A stretch of 64,000 nt of DNA from Candidatus Eiseniibacteriota bacterium. GTDB taxonomy: Bacteria > Eisenbacteria > RBG-16-71-46 > CAIMUX01 > VGJL01. The position numbers were made by a program, and so were the translations under genes. The notes under the pieces were generated by a model. That model did no database searches. It was not told where the DNA came from and worked only from the letters and a program-made list of their open reading frames with translations. Where the stretch lies: NCBI GenBank assembly GCA_041946735.1, contig JBHGAY010000010.1, positions 64,001 to 128,000 of the forward strand. Direction: 5' to 3'. Positions 30,553-39,953 of the stretch are shown here, piece by piece. The stretch's first letter is position 1, and each line of letters starts with the position of its first letter.

Positions 30553-31780
30553 CGATGCGGCCGGACTTCGATCCGGACGTCGATCCGTCCCGGAGCTGAT
30601 AGAAGTAGGCGCCGGCCGGAAGCCTCCGTCCGTCGTCGTCGCGTCCGTCCCACTGGACGGCCTGGGCCCCCGCTGGCTGCACGCCATCGACGAGCGTCCG
30701 GACCCACCGTCCCTGCGCATCGTGGATCCGGAGCAGCACGGGCGCCGCTCCCGCGGCTCGGTAGCGGATCGTCGTCTCGCCTCGGGTCGGGTTCGGCCAT
30801 GCGGCGACCGGTCCTGTGGCGAGGTCCTGCGAGCCGTCGACGCCGGCAACGTCGGTCGCGGGGATGCGCGCGACGTTCACCACGAACTTGCCGATCAGCC
30901 CCGCTTGGGAAACGGCGTCGGTGTTGAGGGTGAGCATGAGCTCCGAGCCCACGTCGGACGGCTGGGTGGTCCAGGCGCCTCCATCTCCGATCCAGTACTC
31001 GTTCGAAAGGCCGATCTGCCCAAAGAGAGCCCCGTAGGGAGCTCCGGTGTGAGGCTGCGTACCGCTCACGACTCCGAGCAGTCCTTCCGGGCCGAACCAT
31101 CCCTCCGTATAGGCGGAGTTCGGCAGAGCCGGATCGCGCATGACACCGTAGGGCAGCACGACGAAGCGGTCGCCCGTGGCGGCGAAGAGCCCGGTGCCGA
31201 TCGGGAGGGTGGTGGTGCGGCTGATCGTGACCTGCGAGACGTCCGCGGAGCCGGGAGGCACGACGATGAGCGTGATCGTCACCGAACCCTCCAGGCTTGC
31301 GAGATCGGCGTCGGAGAGGTTCAGAGCGAGCCGCAGCTCCTGTCCGACGTCCGCGGGCTGGACGCTGAACGAACCCATGCGGCCCAGGAACTGATAGGAG
31401 CCGATCACGCCATTGAAGCCGCCGATCAGCGCGCCGTACGGCATGCCATCGACGATCGGCTGTCCCGTCCCGGTCCAGTTCGTCTGGCCGGCCGGGCCGA
31501 ACCATCCCTCGTCGAACCGTTCGGGAAGGGCTCCGACACGAAGGGATCCTTCTGCATAGAAGATCACCTCCTCTCCGAGCTGCGTGCCGATCAGCCCGGT
31601 CGAGAGCGGCTGTGCTGTCGACGCGTCGATCGTGACGACCCGGTGCTGTGTGTAGTCCGCGCGCGCGGGGCCGGCGGCGATGACGAGGCCGAGCGCGGCG
31701 ATGGCGACGCCCGCGCCGGCGAGAAGCGAGGCGGCCAGGGTAGCTCTCGGCTTCCGGTCCACGTTCCTGCTGGTGCTCAT
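30539..31780 (-). CDS. Secreted protein with two LecA/PA-IL-like domains and a FlgD-Ig-like C-terminal domain
   Basis: Signal peptide; two repeats of TG..G....G...EGWFGPxG...PYGAL.G...G.EL.L.LN; ends WPNP...WDGRDDDGRRLPAGAYF; AGGAGG SD. Confidence 0.8.
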   Translation of the reverse strand: MSTSRNVDRKPRATLAASLLAGAGVAIAALGLVIAAGPARADYTQHRVVTIDASTAQPLSTGLIGTQLGEEVIFYAEGSLRVGALPERFDEGWFGPAGQTNWTGTGQPIVDGMPYGALIGGFNGVIGSYQFLGRMGSFSVQPADVGQELRLALNLSDADLASLEGSVTITLIVVPPGSADVSQVTISRTTTLPIGTGLFAATGDRFVVLPYGVMRDPALPNSAYTEGWFGPEGLLGVVSGTQPHTGAPYGALFGQIGLSNEYWIGDGGAWTTQPSDVGSELMLTLNTDAVSQAGLIGKFVVNVARIPATDVAGVDGSQDLATGPVAAWPNPTRGETTIRYRAAGAAPVLLRIHDAQGRWVRTLVDGVQPAGAQAVQWDGRDDDGRRLPAGAYFYQLRDGSTSGSKSGRIVILD

Positions 31781-31812
31781 CGAAGGTTCCTCCTGCCGTT
31801 CCGGCGTCTCTT

Positions 31813-31887
31813 GCGTTGCCTGGTGGTGGGTGCCCGTGAGGGTTCGTTCCGGCGTTGCCTGGTGGTGGGCGCCCGTGAGGGTTCGTT
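31813..31887. repeat. 2 x 36-bp direct repeat (39-bp period)
   Basis: gcgttgcctggtggtggg(t/c)gcccgtgagggttcgtt at 31813-31848 and 31852-31887, one mismatch. Confidence 0.95.
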
Positions 31888-31920
31888 GGCTGCTCCGGTC
31901 GCGAGGATCGGCGGCCGCTC

Positions 31921-32886
31921 TCATTGCGGCACCCGGATCACTTCGACCTCGAAGCGGCCGTCGACGCCAGTCAAGTCGGCGGGATCGAGGTTGAGGTCGA
32001 GTTGGAGTTCGCGGCCGACGGCAAGGGTCCCCGACCGCCAGGTGCCGCCGTCGCCGATGTAGAAGTGGACCGGAGCGCCGTCGAAGTTGCCGTAGAGGCC
32101 GCCATACGGACCTTCCGGGTACGGCTGGCCTGCCCTGTTGAAGTGCGGCAGGCCGGCGGGCGTGTAGTAGGCGTCCGAGAACTGGAGGTTCGGCGATCCC
32201 TGCAAGGTCCCATAGGGCAGGACGACCCAGCGATCGCCGAATGCCGCGGTGAGCCCCGTCGGAACCGGCAGCGCCGTTCCATCCCGGATCACGATGTGGG
32301 CCATATCGGGGTAGCCGTCCTCGATGAGGAGGACCGTCACCTGCACTTGCCCCTGCAGGATCGCGAGGTCCGCGTCGGACATGTTCAGCGCAACGCGGAA
32401 CTCGTTTCCGACGTGCTGGGGCAGGAGGTGGAAGGCTCCGATTCGCCCGAGGTGCCGGTAGTTCGCGATGTTGCTCGAGAAGCCGCCGATCAACGCCCCG
32501 TATGGCATCCCGTCAACTACCGGCTGGTCGGCTCGAGTGAACCTCGTTTCCCCGGCCGGACCGAACCACCCCTCGGTCAACCGATTGGAGTCGTCGATCG
32601 TTCGCAGGCTTCCCTCCGCCAGGATGATCACCTCTCCGTTCGATGTGGCGGGGATGAAGCCGGTCGGGACGGGCTGCGTGGTCGTCGAGTCGATCACGAC
32701 GACATGGCTTTCATAGGACTGCGCGGCCGCCGGCGACGGAGCGACCGCGAGCAGGAGCGCGAGCGCCAGCGCCAGCGAGGGGCAGGAAGCGACTGCCAGC
32801 CCCCGTGGAGGGACAGCGGCTTGGTGTGTCGTGCGGGTCGCGACCTGGAGACGTCGGACCGCGGAGAGTCTATCGCGCGGGAACAT
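31921..32886 (-). CDS. Secreted protein with two LecA/PA-IL-like domains (paralogue of 30539..31780, no C-terminal domain)
   Basis: EGWFGPAG...QPVVDGMPYGALIGGF shared with the neighbouring gene; AAAGGAG SD before ATG 32886. Confidence 0.8.
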   Translation of the reverse strand: MFPRDRLSAVRRLQVATRTTHQAAVPPRGLAVASCPSLALALALLLAVAPSPAAAQSYESHVVVIDSTTTQPVPTGFIPATSNGEVIILAEGSLRTIDDSNRLTEGWFGPAGETRFTRADQPVVDGMPYGALIGGFSSNIANYRHLGRIGAFHLLPQHVGNEFRVALNMSDADLAILQGQVQVTVLLIEDGYPDMAHIVIRDGTALPVPTGLTAAFGDRWVVLPYGTLQGSPNLQFSDAYYTPAGLPHFNRAGQPYPEGPYGGLYGNFDGAPVHFYIGDGGTWRSGTLAVGRELQLDLNLDPADLTGVDGRFEVEVIRVPQ

Positions 32887-33180
32887 GGTCTTCTCCTTTC
32901 GGGCCGGATCGGGCTCGGGGCCTGCCCGTCCCGTCCTCGTCGATGTCGAACCGTCTCGATGCGCGGCCGTTTGGTGTGGTCCTCGGACCTTCGGCGCCTT
33001 CGGCCTCGTGCGGCGCCCGGCGCTTGGGTCTCGGATCTCGGGTCTCGTCCAGAAACGCGTAGCCGGGGGGCGCGGACCGACATCGAATCGGAGGAAATGT
33101 GGCGGCGATCCCGGTGGAGGAAACCGCCGCAGGAAAACGCCGCACACCGGCGCGGGAAACGGACGTACAATGCGACCGCC

Positions 33181-35910
33181 ATGAACCCAATCGATCGTCC
33201 GTCGCGTTCTCGTCCGGCTGCTTCCTCCGCCCCTCGCTTCTCGCGGCTTCTCTTTCCTCTGCTTCTGCTCCTGCTCCTGCTCCTTGCGCCCGCCTTCGTC
33301 TGGTTCGCCGGCGGCGCGGGCGCGCAGCCGGCGCCGGGCGCCGCGCCACCTGCGTCCGCCGATACGCTCGTCGTCCCCTCGTGGCTCGTGATCGGCCCTT
33401 TCCCCTCCGGCGTTCGCGAGGCGCTCGTCGATCCGATCTGGCCGGCGACGCCCTCGACGCTCGCGCCGTCGGAAGGCGACTCGATGGCCTCCTGGCTCGC
33501 GCCAGGCGGGTGGGCCAAGTGGACGCGGGTCGACGGAGAGGGACCGACGGTCAAGATGGAGTTCGCTGGCGTCGACTGGGACGGAGCGACGGGGCAGTGG
33601 GGTTTCGCGGGGATCTTGAGCGGGGCTCTCGCGTGGGGGGAACTCGATGTCCCCTCGAGCGGGCGCTTCCTCGTCGACGCGACGCGTGCCGGCACGCTCT
33701 ACGTGGACGGCCGGCGCTACCTCGGCAATCCCTACTCGATCGGGACGTTCCAGGCGCCGATCCAGCTCGCCGCCGGACGCCACACGGTCCTGTTGCGGAT
33801 CGGCGGCGCGGGACCGCGCGAGGCGAGCTTCCGCCTGATCCCGCAGGAGCACGGCGCGGCTTTGCTCGCCGCCGGCGCCACGGTTCCCGATCTGGTCGTC
33901 GGCGAGCCGCTCGACTCGTGGGGAGCGGTCACCGTCGTGAACCTCTCCGGCGAGGAGTTGCGCGGCGCCGTTCTGCGCTTCGGCGACGGCGTCCTGCTCG
34001 AGTCGGTGGAGGCGGCCGTTCCCGTCCTTCCGCCCGAAGGGATGCTGAAGGTTCCGTTTCGCGTGCGGAGCTTGCGGCCGGTGACCGAGAGCGATCGCTC
34101 CGCCGGCGGTTCCGGCGCTCGGACGATCCTCCGCCTGACCCTCGCGGACCGCGAGCTGTTCGCGGCGTGCTCGCTTCGCGTGCGCTCCCCGCGGGAATCG
34201 CGGCGCGTCACCTTCCTCTCCTCGATCGATGGCTCGGTGCAGAAGTACGCGGCCCTGCCTCCGTCGGTCGAATCCTCGGCCGAACCGTCGGGCGACCCCT
34301 CGGCCGATCCGTCGGCCGGCCCCTTCGCGCTCCTTCTCTCCCTGCACGGGGCGAGCGTGGAACCCGAGCCGCAGGTCGACTCCTACTCGCCGAAGGCCTG
34401 GGCGTACGTCGTCGCTCCGACGAACACCGGCCCGTACGGGTTCGACTGGCAGGATTGGGGACGCAGGAACGCGATCGAAACTCTCGAGAACGTCCTCGCT
34501 CGCTTCCCGATCGATCCCGACCGCGTGATGCTCGTCGGGCACTCGATGGGCGGTCACGGCACGTGGCACGTGGGGCTGTCCGATCCGGGCCGTTTCGCGG
34601 CGCTCGCCCCCAGCGCGGGATGGGGAAGTCTCGGCACCTATACCCCGTTCACCCTGCGCGAAGACGTCCTCGCAGGGGATCCGCGGTTGCGAGTCCTGTG
34701 GGAGCGCGCGATCGCGCCGGACAACACGCTCGCGTTCCTCGGAAACGCGCGAGGGCTGCCGGTCTTCGTCTTGCACGGAGGCGCCGACGACAACGTCCCG
34801 GTCTTCCATGGACGGATGCTCGCCCGCCGCGCGGCTGCCGCGGGAGCGCGCGTGGTCTACCGGGAGGTGAGCGGTCAGGGACACTGGTGGGACGCCTCCG
34901 ACGCCCCCGGCGTCGACTGCGTCGATCTCCCCGAGATGATGGAGTTCCTGCGGGCGCAGCGGCGCGACACCGCTCCAGACACGATCACGCTCGCGACGGC
35001 CGACGTCGGCACGTGCGACCGTTCCCACTGGCTGCGGATCGTGGAAGGCGATCGCCCGTTCTCGCGGGTCGAGGTGAGCGCGCGCCGGACCACGGGGGGC
35101 GCGAGCGGCACGGACGGCGCGGGCGGCGCCACCCGCGGCTTCGCGATCGAGACCCGCGGCGCGCGAGCGATCGCCATCGATCCCGCCGGCCTCTGCTCGC
35201 CGGGCAGGATCCCGCTCACGATCGACGGCGCGAGCTTCACGCCCGACTGGCGGGCCGGCGAGATCCTCCTCGCGCGAGGCCCGAAGGGATGGTCGATCGC
35301 CGGCGGCCGATCGAAAGACGAGCAGGACGTCCGGCGGCGCGCCGCGATCAAGGAGCCGTACTTCGAGCCGTTCCTTCTCGTCTACGGGACCGCCGGGACC
35401 GGCGCGGAGACGGAAGCCGCGCGCCGCCTGGCGGTCCTCGACGCCCAAGGCTGGCTCCTGCGTGCGGACGGATACGCCGAGGTCATGGCCGACCGGGACG
35501 TGCCCGCCTCGCTTCTCGCCTCGCGCAACCTGATCCTCTACGGCACGCCGGGGACGAACGCCCTCCTCGAGCGCATGGCGCCGAGCCTTCCGATCCGGGT
35601 CGGCCGCGACGGAGTCGCGCTCGCCGGCCGGCGCTACCCGTCGGCGCCCGGGGATCCGCTCGCCGTCCGCTTCGCGTACGTGAACCCGCTTGCCCCGGAG
35701 CGCCTCATCGAAGTGATCGCCGGGACCGACGTCGAAGGGCTCGAGCTGGCCGCCGCGTCGAACCCGTGCTACTCCAGCTCCGGATATCCCGACTTCGTCG
35801 TCTACGGCAAGGAGGCGCGCCGTTCGGGCTGGGGCGGGATGCGCGCCGCCGGCTTCTTCGACCGCGGCGGGACGATCGACGCCTCGAGCGAGGACGTCTA
35901 CTTGCGCTGA
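33181..35910 (+). CDS. Exported S9-like alpha/beta-hydrolase (peptidase/esterase)
   Basis: Signal peptide; LSLHGA, GHSMGG nucleophile elbow, HGGADDNVP, GHWW; TACAAT at 33166. Confidence 0.85.
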   Translation: MNPIDRPSRSRPAASSAPRFSRLLFPLLLLLLLLLAPAFVWFAGGAGAQPAPGAAPPASADTLVVPSWLVIGPFPSGVREALVDPIWPATPSTLAPSEGDSMASWLAPGGWAKWTRVDGEGPTVKMEFAGVDWDGATGQWGFAGILSGALAWGELDVPSSGRFLVDATRAGTLYVDGRRYLGNPYSIGTFQAPIQLAAGRHTVLLRIGGAGPREASFRLIPQEHGAALLAAGATVPDLVVGEPLDSWGAVTVVNLSGEELRGAVLRFGDGVLLESVEAAVPVLPPEGMLKVPFRVRSLRPVTESDRSAGGSGARTILRLTLADRELFAACSLRVRSPRESRRVTFLSSIDGSVQKYAALPPSVESSAEPSGDPSADPSAGPFALLLSLHGASVEPEPQVDSYSPKAWAYVVAPTNTGPYGFDWQDWGRRNAIETLENVLARFPIDPDRVMLVGHSMGGHGTWHVGLSDPGRFAALAPSAGWGSLGTYTPFTLREDVLAGDPRLRVLWERAIAPDNTLAFLGNARGLPVFVLHGGADDNVPVFHGRMLARRAAAAGARVVYREVSGQGHWWDASDAPGVDCVDLPEMMEFLRAQRRDTAPDTITLATADVGTCDRSHWLRIVEGDRPFSRVEVSARRTTGGASGTDGAGGATRGFAIETRGARAIAIDPAGLCSPGRIPLTIDGASFTPDWRAGEILLARGPKGWSIAGGRSKDEQDVRRRAAIKEPYFEPFLLVYGTAGTGAETEAARRLAVLDAQGWLLRADGYAEVMADRDVPASLLASRNLILYGTPGTNALLERMAPSLPIRVGRDGVALAGRRYPSAPGDPLAVRFAYVNPLAPERLIEVIAGTDVEGLELAAASNPCYSSSGYPDFVVYGKEARRSGWGGMRAAGFFDRGGTIDASSEDVYLR

Positions 35911-35962
35911 GACCCGAAGCGGTGCGCCGCGCGCGGCCCAGCGCCGCGCGTCGCGCGGCCGC

Positions 35963-37690
35963 TCAGCGGGGCGAGCGGCCGAACTCGAGCGACGGGTCGG
36001 GGAACTCCACCTGCGGCAGGATCCGCAACACCGTGCTCGTCATGACGGAGAAGGTGGGTGGCGCCGGCTCGTCGGTCCGCCAAGCGACCTCGATCCGAAC
36101 CGGGGGCGAGGAGGCCTTCCTCGAGCCGAGAAGCAGGCCGAAGCCGGCGCCGGCTCTGGCTCTCTCCGTATCGATCGATCCGTCGCGCGAAGGAAGAGCC
36201 GCATCGACGAAGGCGTTTGCGCCGATGCCGGTCCACAGCACCTCCCAGCCGCTCCAGATCCTCTCCTCGAGCGTCAGCAGGAGGTAGTCCCTCACCTCGA
36301 ACTCACGCACGGGGAAGCCGCGCAGGCCGGTTTCGGTGCCGAGGTAGTGCACCATCGTCGGCTCGCGCTCCCTGCCGACGTTGCCGAGGAGTTGGAGGAT
36401 CGTCAGCGATCTCGCGAACGGCTGCCACCCGATCGAAGCGAGGCCGACGACGTTGCGAGGCCCGAGGCTGCGGTCCGACTGCACGAAGAGGCTCCCGGTC
36501 GCCTCGACCGAAAGGCCGATCTTGTGCCAAGGGTAGGCGCCCGCCGCGAACCGGGTCCGTATTGCGAAGGCGCGGTCCGGCTCGTCGATCCCCTCGAGGT
36601 TCGGACCGAACGCCACCTGGCCCGACCATCCCACCGGGACGTCCTCCACGTTGCCGTAGCGGAGCAGGTTCTCTCCTTGGACGAAGCGGCGCTTCATCCA
36701 TCCGAGGAAGACGAGCGGGCCGCGGAAGCGATGGTCCTCGAAGCGTGGCGGCGGCGCATATCCGGGCTCGATCGCCTCCGGACTGCCTCGGGGGCGCATC
36801 CGGCGGTCGACCCATCCGGCGCCGATCGCGACTTTGCTTGCGCCGCCCGGATAGCGGCCGATGTACCCTCCCCATTCCTCGGACCGGTAGGGAGAGTTGC
36901 CGATCTCCGTCCCGCGATCGAAGAAGCGTTGCTGGCCGCGCGCTGCGATCCCGAACGTTCCCCATCCGATGTGATCGAACACCGTCTCGACGGGACGAGT
37001 GACGTACGCGCTCGCCTGGTCCGCATCCTGGAAGTCGTAGTAGACGATCGTCGCGACGGCGCGGGTGCGAAACGGCCGCCAGAGGTCCGCTCCGATCAAG
37101 GCTCCGGGCTGATCGCTCGACACGACCTGTGTCCAGCGCAAGGCGTGGCCGGATCCGAGCAGGTTCTTCTCGCGCACTCCGAATGTCCACTCCGTCAGCC
37201 CGGCCTTTTTCTCGAACGACGCATCGAGACCGAGCGTCCAGAGGTCCTGCGTACGTACGACGACCGTCCGGCCGCTGTCGGTCGGCACTGCCCGCACGCT
37301 GGCCCATTCGAAGATGCCGCGGCGGCGCAACAATCGCTCCGACTCCTGGAGTCGCAGGGAATCGGACGGGCCTCCCTCATGAACCAGGATTTCGCGACGC
37401 ACCACCGATTCGCGGGTGCGCGTGTGCAGATGGTTCGCAATCCGTGTCAGCTCGCCGAGGACGGTGGAGGTCGTCTCCGGGAACACGGGCAGTCGCTCGA
37501 TCCGCACATGCTCGGCGACCGTTGAATCGGCCGTTTCGGAGAGCGCGCGGGCGTCAGCGGGGCTGCCGTCAGCGGCGTCGCTTCCGCGAGCGGCGGCGCG
37601 GGCGAGGGACGGGGAGACGAGGGGCGCCGGGAGCGCCGCGAGCCCCGCCAGTGCCGCGAATGCCAGGAGCGCCCGGCGCTTGACCGTCAC
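35963..37690 (-). CDS. Omp85/BamA-TamA-like outer-membrane protein with POTRA domain
   Basis: TRESVVRREIL, ESERLLR, TQDLWTL, EKNLLGSG, GLRGF, EER, FVD motifs; start approximate. Confidence 0.75.
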   Translation of the reverse strand: MTVKRRALLAFAALAGLAALPAPLVSPSLARAAARGSDAADGSPADARALSETADSTVAEHVRIERLPVFPETTSTVLGELTRIANHLHTRTRESVVRREILVHEGGPSDSLRLQESERLLRRRGIFEWASVRAVPTDSGRTVVVRTQDLWTLGLDASFEKKAGLTEWTFGVREKNLLGSGHALRWTQVVSSDQPGALIGADLWRPFRTRAVATIVYYDFQDADQASAYVTRPVETVFDHIGWGTFGIAARGQQRFFDRGTEIGNSPYRSEEWGGYIGRYPGGASKVAIGAGWVDRRMRPRGSPEAIEPGYAPPPRFEDHRFRGPLVFLGWMKRRFVQGENLLRYGNVEDVPVGWSGQVAFGPNLEGIDEPDRAFAIRTRFAAGAYPWHKIGLSVEATGSLFVQSDRSLGPRNVVGLASIGWQPFARSLTILQLLGNVGREREPTMVHYLGTETGLRGFPVREFEVRDYLLLTLEERIWSGWEVLWTGIGANAFVDAALPSRDGSIDTERARAGAGFGLLLGSRKASSPPVRIEVAWRTDEPAPPTFSVMTSTVLRILPQVEFPDPSLEFGRSPR

Positions 37691-38009
37691 GCGACGCGCA
37701 GGGAGTCGCAGGGGATCGCGCGCGCGGACCGCGATCCCCGGAGGAGGAGGACGCGAGCCGGCGAACCGGCGTTCGTGGAGGATCGCACCGATTGCCCGCG
37801 TGCGGCCGGTCGGCTCTCGCAGGGCCACGAAGCGGAGGATAGCAGAGCCGCTCGACCGGGGCTTCTTCAGAGGCGACGCCCGGGCCCCTCTGGCCGGCAG
37901 GGCGGGCGATTCGATATCCTTGATGCGATTCGTTCGGCCGCTTTGCGCCCGGAAGAACATTCACCGAAGACGCCGCCAAGGGCGCTCCCCGCCCGAAAGG
38001 AGAAACCGC

Positions 38010-39680
38010 ATGAGGATGACGGTCGGCTGCCTGGCTCTGGTGTTGCTGCTCGCCGCCTCCACCGCTGCGGAAGCGGTCCAATGCGCCACGCGTCGGGTCG
38101 ATCCCCAACGAGCGATGGCGGCCGGCCTCCCTCGCATCGACAAGACGCGAACGCACACCGGCGATTCCCCGATGGCTCCTCCAGACAATCCGAACGTCGG
38201 CGATTCCTGGCTCTGGTGGACCTGGATGCTGAACGGTCCGCCGCAGGCGGTCCAGCGGATGTGCACCGTGCGAGGCGAAGGAGAGCACGTCTACGTCGTC
38301 GTCGAGGATTCCCAATGGCAGACGCGGGTCAACCAGGAGGACGTCGACGCGATCGTCGCTGCGTGGGACAACAGCAGTCTTGGAATCCATCCCGACTGGG
38401 GCATCTACCAACTCGACTCGACGTACTTCGGAGACGTTCCGGACGAGCTCGACAACGATCCGAAGGTCTACGTTTTGTACTACGACTTCGACATCAATGC
38501 CGACGGCTTCTTCTGGTACTTCGACGAGTACCCGGACGGGCAGTTCCCGTACCACTCCAACGAGTGCGAGGTGCTGTACATGAACTCGAGCGACAACGAT
38601 CCGGGAGGAGACTATCTGATCTCCGTCCAGGCGCACGAGTTCGAGCACATGATCCATTGGCTTGCCGACGAGGGAGAGGACGCCTGGGTGGACGAGGGGA
38701 TGGCGGAAGTGGGGATGTGGCTCTACGGCCATCCCGACGTCATCAGCTCCTTCAACGGGAACCCGGACAACGACCTCACCGACTTCGGCGGCGCGTGGGC
38801 CGATTATGTCCAGTGCTACCTCTGGTCGCTGTACTTCTACGAGCAGATGGGAGGACAGGCGGCGACCTGGGCGGTCCTGCACGAGCCGATGAACGGGGTG
38901 CTCGGATACGAGAACGTGCTCGACACGCTCGGCTCTCCGCTTTCGTTTGCGGACGTCTTCTCGAACTGGACCTGTGCGAACTACCTCGATGACCCGGCGC
39001 TCGACCAGGGGCAATACGGATACGTCGGGGAGGACCTGCCGCCCTTCACGGCCACGCTGAAGAACAGCTACCCGGTGCCACCCACGAACGGATCGGTCAA
39101 CCGCTACGCGGCCGACTACGTCCGCTTCACGAACGGGCAGCCGCAACGCCTCCGCTTCGACGGGGCCGACACCGGGACGTGGCGGCCGCGCGTGCTCTTC
39201 CTCGGTGGTGGCGTGGCGCAGCACGTCGAGGCGATCCCGCTCGATGCTTCCGACTTCGGGACGATCGACCTCTCCGACTTCGGCGAAACGACCGACGAGG
39301 TCATTCTCGTCGTAGGCAAGACGGCGCCGAACGGCACGACCAGCTATCAGTACGGCACGGAGGGGATCCCGGCGGCCGCGGGAGATCTTCCCGCATCGCT
39401 CGCGCTTCGACTCCTGCCGGGTCAGCCGAATCCTCTTAGGAGCGGGGGAGGCGTCATCCGCTTGGAGCTGCCGGAGCGCGCGACCGTGCGCGTCGGCGTG
39501 TACGACGCCGCCGGCCGTCTCGTTCAGCGGCTCGCGGAGACCGATCTCGCGGCGGGAGTGCACCCCTTCTCGTGGGATGGACGCGACGCCACGGGACGCG
39601 AAGCGCCGGCAGGTATCTACTGGGTTCGCGCCGAGACGCAGGGACGATCGACCGCGGCGAAATGGGTGAGGGTCGACTAG
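38010..39680 (+). CDS. Secreted zinc metallopeptidase (M30/M6-like) with FlgD-Ig-like C-terminal domain
   Basis: AHEFEHMIH...WVDEGMAE; signal peptide; ends QPNP...WDGRDATG..APAGIYW; AAAGGAG SD. Confidence 0.87.
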   Translation: MRMTVGCLALVLLLAASTAAEAVQCATRRVDPQRAMAAGLPRIDKTRTHTGDSPMAPPDNPNVGDSWLWWTWMLNGPPQAVQRMCTVRGEGEHVYVVVEDSQWQTRVNQEDVDAIVAAWDNSSLGIHPDWGIYQLDSTYFGDVPDELDNDPKVYVLYYDFDINADGFFWYFDEYPDGQFPYHSNECEVLYMNSSDNDPGGDYLISVQAHEFEHMIHWLADEGEDAWVDEGMAEVGMWLYGHPDVISSFNGNPDNDLTDFGGAWADYVQCYLWSLYFYEQMGGQAATWAVLHEPMNGVLGYENVLDTLGSPLSFADVFSNWTCANYLDDPALDQGQYGYVGEDLPPFTATLKNSYPVPPTNGSVNRYAADYVRFTNGQPQRLRFDGADTGTWRPRVLFLGGGVAQHVEAIPLDASDFGTIDLSDFGETTDEVILVVGKTAPNGTTSYQYGTEGIPAAAGDLPASLALRLLPGQPNPLRSGGGVIRLELPERATVRVGVYDAAGRLVQRLAETDLAAGVHPFSWDGRDATGREAPAGIYWVRAETQGRSTAAKWVRVD

Positions 39681-39953
39681 CGGCCATCGCGTGTCTCCCG
39701 CGAAGCCGCCGACGCGGCTGACTCGTTGACGAGCGGGGAGGGGAAGAACCTCTCTCCGCTCGTCTCGTTCCGGTCCTCCGGATCGTTCCTCCGGACGCTG
39801 CGGTTCTTGCCCGCCTGGCCCCGCCTCGCCTCCGAACTCCTGTCCGTCCGCTGGTCCACGGCGCATCTCCGTCGTCGATCCCGCCGCTTCGCAATGTGAA
39901 AACGCGGTTGTAGGGTGGGAGAAAGACCGGGCCGTACTTGAAGGAGGCGAACG

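Noticed and set aside
31813..31887. CRISPR array (36-bp repeats)
   Set aside because: Only two copies with a 3-nt gap, no spacer, and no cas genes
31921..35910. Giant overlapping ORFs of 1175 aa (-) and 1328 aa (+)
   Set aside because: Each is a real gene (31921..32886 and 33181..35910) extended by the stop-free antisense frame of its divergent neighbour, a high-GC artefact
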